In this document: positions 57,306-64,000 of the stretch, piece by piece
How positions within the stretch are numbered: position 1 is the stretch's first letter
Layout of the letters: the number at the start of each line of letters is the position of its first letter
Source of the DNA: an uncultured Thermodesulfobacteriota bacterium
GTDB lineage: Bacteria > Desulfobacterota > RBG-13-43-22
Direction: 5' to 3'
Assembly: GCA_964627515.1 (NCBI GenBank)
Contig: CAZVHO010000006.1
Coordinates: forward strand, 9,043 to 73,042
Length of the DNA stretch: 64,000 nt
The notes under the pieces: generated by a model
What the model was told of the DNA's origin: nothing
Databases searched by the model: none
Seen by the model: the letters and a program-made list of their open reading frames with translations, nothing else
Made by a program: the position numbers and the translations under genes

Positions 57306-58823
57306 ATGGAAGATGAAACATTAACCCGCAGAGGGTTTATGCTGCAACTGTCTGCCGCCGGCCTTTCGCTGGCAGCCGGTGGCCTTGCCGGCGCCTGTTC
57401 AACCAAGGAATCCCCGGTCCCCTCGGTAAGGGTCGCCGATGTTGTCCGGCAGGTTTCCGGATCTCAAGGTGATCCCCCCAATATCATCATAATCAATGCC
57501 GATGACCTGGGATATGGCGACCTGGGATGCTATGGCAGCCGGGCCATCCGAACGCCCAATATGGACAACCTGGCCAAAGAAGGGGTCCACTTCACGGATT
57601 TTCATGCCTGCGATTCCGTATGCACCCCCTCCAGAGCCGGCCTGCTGACCGGAAGATATCCCAGACGGATGGATCTCTTGTTCCCCCTCCACCCGGAGGA
57701 TCTCCCGCTGACTAAAAAGTTCCTGCTATCCATCGGCAATTTGGCAGGTCGTCTGGGATTGTTGGATATCGCCTCTGAAAAAGGGGGTTGGGGCCTGCCG
57801 GTCCAGGAAATCACCTTGGCTGCAGCCCTCAAACTCCGGGGCTATCGCACCGGCATGGTGGGCAAGTGGCACCTGGGGGATTTTGCCGTGAATCCGGCCT
57901 ATAACCCGGTCAATCATGGATTTGAGGTTTTCTTCGGTGTACCCTACAGCAACGACATGTCACCCTTCCCCCTGTACCGCAATACAAAGGAAGTCGAGGC
58001 CCATATTACCGATCAGTCAAAGCTCACCGGCCTTTACACGGAGGAAGCCCTCCGTTTTATCCAATCCGCCCCAAAAGGGCCTTTTTTTCTTTATCTGGCC
58101 CACACCTTTCCCCATCGACCCCTTTATGCTTCGAAGGCTTTCCGGGATCGATCCCAGGGCGGACTCTTCGGGGATGCGGTGGAAGAGATTGACTGGAGTG
58201 TCGGTCGAATTTTAGGCGCCCTGAAAGCCGGCGGACAGGCAGACAATACCCTGATCATAATCACCAGCGATAACGGCCCCTGGTATGAAGGAAGTCCCGG
58301 TCCTTTCAGAGGCCGAAAGGGGCAGAGCTATGAAGGGGGTCATCGGGTGCCGTTCATAGCCCGCTGGCCGGGACATATCCCCCCCGGCCGAACCTGTCAT
58401 GAACCGGCCATGAATATCGATCTTTTTCCCACTTGCCTGTCCCTGGCCGGGTTGTCTCTCCCGTCCGATCGTCTTATCGACGGGCGGGATATTACCGCCT
58501 TGCTGACTCAACCCAATGTCAGGTCGCCCCACGAATCCTTATATTTCTACCATCATGGTCAACTGGAGGGAATTAGGACCGGAAACTGGAAATATTTCCG
58601 CTCTCTCAATCATTATGTCTGGCCCATGCCGGTCAACAAAAAACTCGGCACCCTCACCAATCACACCAACGGACCACTGCCCCTTTTATTCAACCTGGAA
58701 ACCGATCCCGGTGAAGCCTATAACCTCCTGACCCGGCACCCTGAACTGGGCAAAAAACTGGCCGATAAGATGGTCCAATGGGAACGAAAAATGGCGGAAA
58801 ATCCCTTTGGATCGATTAAATGA
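57306..58823 (+). CDS. Cys-type sulfatase with a twin-arginine signal peptide (possible lipoprotein)
   Basis: 505 aa. Tat motif TRRGFML, and LAGAC before the mature part. Sulfatase signature CTPSRAGLLTGR (formylglycine site). Confidence 0.92.
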   Translation: MEDETLTRRGFMLQLSAAGLSLAAGGLAGACSTKESPVPSVRVADVVRQVSGSQGDPPNIIIINADDLGYGDLGCYGSRAIRTPNMDNLAKEGVHFTDFHACDSVCTPSRAGLLTGRYPRRMDLLFPLHPEDLPLTKKFLLSIGNLAGRLGLLDIASEKGGWGLPVQEITLAAALKLRGYRTGMVGKWHLGDFAVNPAYNPVNHGFEVFFGVPYSNDMSPFPLYRNTKEVEAHITDQSKLTGLYTEEALRFIQSAPKGPFFLYLAHTFPHRPLYASKAFRDRSQGGLFGDAVEEIDWSVGRILGALKAGGQADNTLIIITSDNGPWYEGSPGPFRGRKGQSYEGGHRVPFIARWPGHIPPGRTCHEPAMNIDLFPTCLSLAGLSLPSDRLIDGRDITALLTQPNVRSPHESLYFYHHGQLEGIRTGNWKYFRSLNHYVWPMPVNKKLGTLTNHTNGPLPLLFNLETDPGEAYNLLTRHPELGKKLADKMVQWERKMAENPFGSIK

Positions 58824-58855
58824 ACACGAGTTATTTTTATAAAAGTCGGCCATGA

Positions 58856-60118
58856 ATGATGGATGCCCATAGACTCCAAAACCAGAAAACCCTGAACCAT
58901 ATCCTGGTCAAACCTGCCGGGCCTGACTGTAATATGAGCTGCCGCTATTGTTTCTACAGCGGGAAAAAAGAGCTCTTTGCCCCATCGGACACCCACCGCA
59001 TGGAGGAAACGGTTTTGGAAGCGGTAATCAGGGATCTGATGCAGCAGGGACCAAGAGAGGTTTCCATCAGTTGGCAGGGCGGTGAGCCCACTCTCATGGG
59101 GTTACCCTTTTTCAGGAAAGCCATGGAGTTTGAGAAGCAATACGGTCAGGGGAAGGTGGCGGCCAACGGGCTTCAGACCAACGGGCTCCTGATCGACAGA
59201 GAGTGGACGGCCTTTTTGAAAGAGTACCATTTTCTGGTGGGTCTATCTTTGGACGGACCCGAACCCATCCATGATCATTACCGGCGGTTGAGAGGAGGAC
59301 AGGGATCCTTTCGCCAGGTATGCGAGGCGGCCAAGCGGATGCTGGACGTGGGCGTGGAGGTGAATGCCCTCTCGGTGGTCAATGACTATTCCGTCCATTT
59401 TCCGGAAGAGATCTACGGATTTATTAAATCCCTGGGTCTTTCTTACATGCAGTTTATTCCCTGCTTTGAACACGGCCCCGATCACCCCCGGCAGCCGGCC
59501 CGATTTTCCGTCTCTTCCGGGCCCTATGGGACCTTTCTCTGTCGGCTGTTTGATTTATGGTTATCGGATTTTGCAGATGGCCGCCCTGCCACCTCCATTC
59601 GGTTTTTTGAATCCCTCTTGTTCAGCTATGCCGGAATGAGACCCCTGGAATGCACCCTCCTCTCCGAGTGTGGCACTTACCTGGTGGTGGAACATGACGG
59701 CCAGGTCTTCTGCTGCGATTTTTTCGTTTCCCCTGAGCATCGACTCGGGACCATCCGGGAAAGTCGTCTGGGGGACCTGATGAATTCGGAAAAGCAAAAT
59801 GCCTTCAGTCGCCTCAAATCGACGCTGCCTGGGGAATGCCGGCAATGCCGGTGGCTATGGTTGTGCCGCGGTGGCTGTGTTAAAGACCGACTGCGAGGTC
59901 CGGATCCGATAGGACTCAACCATTTCTGTGAGGCCTATAAGACGTTTTTCTCCTACGCCGATGCCCATTTTAAAAAACTGGTAGCGGACTGGTGGAAAAA
60001 GCAGCCAATCCGGGATGAAAAGGCCGACCCGGCCAGGAGAAAGATGGGACGTAATGCTCCCTGCCCCTGCGGCAGCGGTCGAAAATACAAAAAATGCTGC
60101 GGTTTTTCGTCCGGATAA
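58856..60118 (+). CDS. Anaerobic sulfatase-maturating enzyme (radical SAM/SPASM) with a C-terminal SEC-C metal-binding tail
   Basis: 420 aa. Radical-SAM CNMSCRYC, SPASM-type Cys clusters (CGTYLVVEHDGQVFCCDF, CRQCRWLWLCRGGC) and the tail NAPCPCGSGRKYKKCCG. Confidence 0.88.
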   Translation: MMDAHRLQNQKTLNHILVKPAGPDCNMSCRYCFYSGKKELFAPSDTHRMEETVLEAVIRDLMQQGPREVSISWQGGEPTLMGLPFFRKAMEFEKQYGQGKVAANGLQTNGLLIDREWTAFLKEYHFLVGLSLDGPEPIHDHYRRLRGGQGSFRQVCEAAKRMLDVGVEVNALSVVNDYSVHFPEEIYGFIKSLGLSYMQFIPCFEHGPDHPRQPARFSVSSGPYGTFLCRLFDLWLSDFADGRPATSIRFFESLLFSYAGMRPLECTLLSECGTYLVVEHDGQVFCCDFFVSPEHRLGTIRESRLGDLMNSEKQNAFSRLKSTLPGECRQCRWLWLCRGGCVKDRLRGPDPIGLNHFCEAYKTFFSYADAHFKKLVADWWKKQPIRDEKADPARRKMGRNAPCPCGSGRKYKKCCGFSSG

Positions 60119-60224
60119 TCCTCCTGCTGGCTTCGTCCCCACGGCCCTTCTCGGTGATTGACAATTCGGCTGGTCAAAGCCCTTCTCCCCCACCCTATTT
60201 TTCTAAATAATAATCCTGTTTCCA

Positions 60225-60253
60225 TTGACACGCGAAGTCGTTTGTTTTATTCT
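60225..60253 (+). promoter_or_regulatory. Candidate sigma-70 promoter for the molybdoenzyme genes
   Basis: TTGACA-N17-TATTCT, about 95 nt upstream of ATG 60346. Confidence 0.35.
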
Positions 60254-60345
60254 TTCGCCACGAATCAGGAAGATCTTATTATAATTCGAATTAATTTGAC
60301 ATCAATAACTATCTTTTGAAGAGGGAAGGGAATCCGGAGGATTAG

Positions 60346-62547
60346 ATGGTAGTCGACACAAACCATGAAGAAAAAATCATCCGCAGTATCTGCAGCAGCC
60401 ACTGCGGCGGCACCTGTGAGATGAAAGTACATGTAAGAGGAAACCGGATCGTACGGATAGAGCCCGATGACGGAGAGAATAGACCTCGTTTATGTGCACG
60501 GGGACACGCCTACCGTCAACGGGTCTATGCCCCCGACCGGCTTCTTTACCCGCTCAAACGGACGGGAGTTAGAGGTGCCGGCGAGTTTACCAGGATTTCC
60601 TGGGACGAAGCCCTGGAAACCATAGCCGGGGAAATGAATCGGATCAAGGCCAGGTACGGCAATGCCGCTATACTCCACTTCTGTTCCATGTGCGATCCCC
60701 ATACCCTGCATCATGTGGGGGCTTTTCATCGGCTGCTCTGCCAATTCGGAGGGTATACCGCTCCCTGGGGTTTCATCTCCCATGAAGGCGCCACCTTTTC
60801 CGCCGGTGTGACTTACGGGTTGCGGCGCAAATTTTCCCAGACGGAACACGCGCCTGAAGAATATCTGAATTCACGACTCATCATCATGTGGGGCTGGAAC
60901 CCGGTGACCACTGAACAGGGGACCAATGTTTCTTTAATTCTGGCCCGGGCCAAGGAAGGGGGTTCTAAAATTATCTGCGTGGATCCCCGATATACGGACT
61001 CGGCGGCCACTTTTGCCGACCAGTGGATTCCCATACGACCGGGCACCGACGCGGCCGTCCTGATTGCCATGGCTTATGTCATCATCACTGAAAAGCTACA
61101 GGACCAGGACTTCATCGAGGCCTATACCGTAGGGTTTGAACCCTTCAAAGACTATGTACTGGGCCTCGAAGACGGCCTGGCCAAGACCCCGGAATGGGCC
61201 GAGACCATCAGCGCCATCCCGGCAACGACAATCACCGACCTGGCCCGCGCCTATGCCGGTAACAAACCGGCGGCCCTGGTTACCAGCATTTCCGCCGGAC
61301 GTACGGCCTACGGCGAGCAGTATCATCGGGCCGCGGCCGCCCTTGAGGCCATTACGGGCAACTGGCTGTTCCAGAACTGGCAATCGACCCCCTCCAGTAG
61401 CCCAAAACTCAACCCTCATATCTCCAGCCCGCCGAATCAGGTGGAAATCGGGGCGCCGCCGCGCCGGAATGCTCTCCCTTACCGCGGTGCGAGTGTCAAC
61501 TCCAGTGCCCGGGTCAATGTGAGTCTGTTTGCCGATGCCATCCTGAAAGGTAAAGCCGGCGGTTATCCGAATGACTATAAGATGGTTTGGCTGTCCAATA
61601 CCAATTACCTCAATCAACTCGGGGAGGTCAACAAGACCGTCAGGGCTTTTCAACAATTGGAATTCATTCTGGTCACCGAGCAGTTTATGACGGCCACGGC
61701 CAAACTGGCCGATATTGTTTTACCGGTCTGTACCTTCCTGGAACGAAATGATATCCTGGCACCCAGGGGGAGCGGCATTTATGCTATCCTGAACAAAGCC
61801 ATTGAACCCCTGGGGGAATCCAAATCGCAGATGGAAATCTGCGGGGCCCTGGCCTTGAAACTCGGTATTTCCGACTACGGAGATAAACCGGATGAGGAGA
61901 TGGTCAAGAACATCGTAACAAAACTATCTGAAGAAATGGACTTACCGGACTATGATTCCCTGAGAAAACAAGGCTTCACCAAGGCCAAGCCCCATAAACC
62001 GGAAGGGGCCGGCCGGCCGGAAAGCGAAAAACCGCACCCGCTTCCATTCCGTACGCCATCGGGGAAAATAGAAATCCGCTCTGAAATAGCAGCCAGGATA
62101 AACGATCCTTTGATTCCGGCCATTCCTACCTATATGGAGACCTGGGAGAGTCTGAATGATCCGCTGGCCGGGAAATATCCCCTGCAGCTCATTACCCCCC
62201 ATTTGAAACGGCGGGCTCACAGCCAGTTCGATAATCTGCCGTGGCTCCGGGAGCTGCAAACCCAGGCGATTACGGTCAATACCGTCGACGCCGATTCCCG
62301 AGGGATCCGGTCGGGAGATCTGGTCCGGGTTTTCAACGATCGGGGTGAGGTCAGGATTCCCGCCAAGGTGACCGAGAGGATTATGCCCGGGGTGGTCGCC
62401 CTTCCTCAGGGCGCCTGGTATAGTCCCGATGAAAACGGAATCGACTATGGGGGCTGTGCCAATGTCCTGACCAAAAACCAAATTTCACCGGGTGGCGCCT
62501 TCACTCCCCATACGGCCCTGGTGCAAATAGAAAAGGTGGGCCAATAA
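60346..62547 (+). CDS. DMSO-reductase-family molybdopterin oxidoreductase catalytic subunit, with no Tat signal (predicted cytoplasmic)
   Basis: 733 aa. The N-terminal FS0 motif CSSHCGGTCEMKVHV..LCARG is DmsA-like (C-x3-C-x3-C). No RR leader precedes it. RBS GGAGG. Confidence 0.9.
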   Translation: MVVDTNHEEKIIRSICSSHCGGTCEMKVHVRGNRIVRIEPDDGENRPRLCARGHAYRQRVYAPDRLLYPLKRTGVRGAGEFTRISWDEALETIAGEMNRIKARYGNAAILHFCSMCDPHTLHHVGAFHRLLCQFGGYTAPWGFISHEGATFSAGVTYGLRRKFSQTEHAPEEYLNSRLIIMWGWNPVTTEQGTNVSLILARAKEGGSKIICVDPRYTDSAATFADQWIPIRPGTDAAVLIAMAYVIITEKLQDQDFIEAYTVGFEPFKDYVLGLEDGLAKTPEWAETISAIPATTITDLARAYAGNKPAALVTSISAGRTAYGEQYHRAAAALEAITGNWLFQNWQSTPSSSPKLNPHISSPPNQVEIGAPPRRNALPYRGASVNSSARVNVSLFADAILKGKAGGYPNDYKMVWLSNTNYLNQLGEVNKTVRAFQQLEFILVTEQFMTATAKLADIVLPVCTFLERNDILAPRGSGIYAILNKAIEPLGESKSQMEICGALALKLGISDYGDKPDEEMVKNIVTKLSEEMDLPDYDSLRKQGFTKAKPHKPEGAGRPESEKPHPLPFRTPSGKIEIRSEIAARINDPLIPAIPTYMETWESLNDPLAGKYPLQLITPHLKRRAHSQFDNLPWLRELQTQAITVNTVDADSRGIRSGDLVRVFNDRGEVRIPAKVTERIMPGVVALPQGAWYSPDENGIDYGGCANVLTKNQISPGGAFTPHTALVQIEKVGQ

Positions 62548-62550
62548 GCT

Positions 62551-63162
62551 ATGCAATACGGAATATATATCAATGAAAATCGGTGTATGGGCTGTTTCGC
62601 CTGTGTCGTGGCCTGCAAGGACTGGCATGATGTTCCCGCCGGACCGGCGAGCTTTCTCAGGGTGAAAACTATCGAAAAAGGTAAGTATCCGGATCTGTTT
62701 GTGGCTTTTCTGCCGGTGACCTGCAATCATTGTCTCAACCCGGCCTGTGTTGCAGTCTGCCCGGTGGAGGCCATTAGCAAACGGCAGGAAGACGGTATTG
62801 TGACCGTGGACAGAGAAGCCTGCCTGGGCAAGGATCAATGCGGTCTGTGTCTCCAGGCCTGTCCTTATGACGCCCCGCAATTCGGGGAGGAAGCCAATGC
62901 CCGAATGCAGAAGTGTGACTTGTGCCTGGACCGGTTGGCCGAGGGAAAGAAACCGATATGTGTTATGAGTTGCCCCATGCAGGTCATAGACATCGGTCCC
63001 TTGGATGAGTTGCGGACACAATACGGCGATGTCCGGGAAACGGAGAGTTTCACCTACTCTGAAGAACTCGTCCCCTCGGTACTATTCAAACCCAAGAGGG
63101 ATGAAAGGAATCTTGCCATACGGAAGATTGAAGTTACTCCAAGGGCCGGAACTGCGGGTTAG
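62551..63162 (+). CDS. 4Fe-4S ferredoxin-type electron-transfer subunit (DmsB-like)
   Basis: 203 aa with four Cys clusters (CMGCFACVVAC, CNHCLNPACVAVCP, CGLCLQACP, CDLCLDR..CVMSCP). Confidence 0.9.
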   Translation: MQYGIYINENRCMGCFACVVACKDWHDVPAGPASFLRVKTIEKGKYPDLFVAFLPVTCNHCLNPACVAVCPVEAISKRQEDGIVTVDREACLGKDQCGLCLQACPYDAPQFGEEANARMQKCDLCLDRLAEGKKPICVMSCPMQVIDIGPLDELRTQYGDVRETESFTYSEELVPSVLFKPKRDERNLAIRKIEVTPRAGTAG

Positions 63163-63252
63163 CAGCCAGGGAGTTTTCTCCATTCATTCCGGTCTGTGAC
63201 AAGACAGCAAAAATGGGTCGGATGGATGAAAAACTCTTTTGGAGGAGATATC

Positions 63253-64000
63253 ATGACCGAAAAAAATACAGAACTCTCGTCCCATTGCATCTTCTTCATC
63301 AAGCAGCCCATTCTGGATGTCAATCGGAGTATTTGGGGATACGAACTGCAGGGCGGGGAATTAAAGGATGGAATCTATGAGGTCTTTCCCCAGCAGGATA
63401 GCGCCTCCGGCCTGTCTTCCAGCACTTATCTGGGCCTGCAGGAGGCCATGGAACGGGGTAAGCAGATCATGGTCGGTTTTGACGAGGCCGGCATCCTGAC
63501 CGGGATACCCCACGCCCTGCCGCCCGCCAGCGGGGTGGTGCGGGTGCTCCCCGGCGAAACTTACGACCCCGGACTGGCACCTGCTCTGGAGAGGCTGCGA
63601 AACGATGGCTATCAAACCGCTCTGGAATTCATACCCGGAAGATCCATCCCGGATGAGCTATACAGTCTGGCCGATATCGTCTCCATTGATCTCTCCCTGG
63701 GAAAGCCGGATCAATCCTGGTTGGTTCGAAAAACACCCCGTCCCCCCAGGATGCTGGCCCGGGGTGTCAAGACCCAGGACCAATTCCAATCGGCCAGGGA
63801 CCTGGGCTTTGCCTTGTTTCAAGGTCCCTTCTTCAAAGAGCCGGAGTATGTGCGGAATCGCCAGCTCGGCTCCAACGAGGTGGCCCGGTTGAACCTGTTG
63901 CGTCTTCTTGAAGCCGAAGACGCGGATGTCAATGTCCTGGCCGGGGCCATTCGCTCCGACGTCTCCGTCAGCTTCCGTCTCCTCTCCTACCTGAACAGCG
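63253..64000 (+). CDS. EAL-like plus HDOD domain signalling protein, N-terminal part; runs off the right edge
   Basis: Not in the ORF track because it has no stop in the window. Manual translation from ATG 63253 (GGAGGAG RBS) gives MTEKNTELSSHCIFFIKQPILDVNRSIWGYEL..LARGVKTQDQFQSARDLGFALFQGPFFKEP..VARLNLLRLLEAEDADV, with no stop to position 64000. Confidence 0.8.
   Translation, partial: MTEKNTELSSHCIFFIKQPILDVNRSIWGYELQGGELKDGIYEVFPQQDSASGLSSSTYLGLQEAMERGKQIMVGFDEAGILTGIPHALPPASGVVRVLPGETYDPGLAPALERLRNDGYQTALEFIPGRSIPDELYSLADIVSIDLSLGKPDQSWLVRKTPRPPRMLARGVKTQDQFQSARDLGFALFQGPFFKEPEYVRNRQLGSNEVARLNLLRLLEAEDADVNVLAGAIRSDVSVSFRLLSYLNS

Overview
Bacterial chromosomal window of about 60 genes. Nearly everything up to 40.4 kb is on the minus strand. 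1-19.4 kb is one co-directional flagellar super-cluster: flgB-flgC-fliE-fliF-G-H-I-J, a MotE-like gene, fliK-flgD-flgE, then fliL-M-N-O-P-Q-R-flhB-flhA-flhF-flhG (flhG runs off the left edge). 19.6-25.8 kb holds a TPR protein, a soluble PAS histidine kinase, a sigma-54 response regulator (FlrBC/FleSR-like) and a second orphan sigma-54 response regulator. 25.9-38.3 kb holds chemotaxis and stator genes: motA-motB, cheA-cheB, then cheW, a small HTH gene, a stand-alone Cache protein, an MCP, cheR-cheD, an HDOD gene, cheY-cheX and a second cheD. 38.5-40.4 kb holds a second FliK-like gene and a free FlhB C-terminal-domain gene. The remainder is housekeeping or metabolic. It includes a cyclophilin, typA, queG, DUF1847, a DD-carboxypeptidase, a second Cache protein, an OYE flavoenzyme, an AIR-synthase-like gene, a second MCP and the liv ABC transporter. 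It ends with an ATL DNA-repair protein, a cupin, a Tat sulfatase with anSME, a leaderless DmsAB-like molybdoenzyme and a truncated EAL-HDOD gene. No rRNA, tRNA, CRISPR array, transposase or integrase was seen. The unexplained signal is mostly intergenic. There is a recurrent three-part repeat element, with one pair of copies inverted around flgBC-fliE. There is a second family of palindromic GTCATTCCC..GGGAATCCAGG repeats and an unusually structured spacer at 38.8-39.1 kb. Three good sigma-28 promoters and several sigma-54-type promoters were found, three of them with a non-canonical -12 TTGA. Taxonomy is inference only: the gene content suggests an anaerobic Desulfobacterota- or Nitrospirota-like organism. 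All calls come from reading the sequence and ORF translations. No database search was run.
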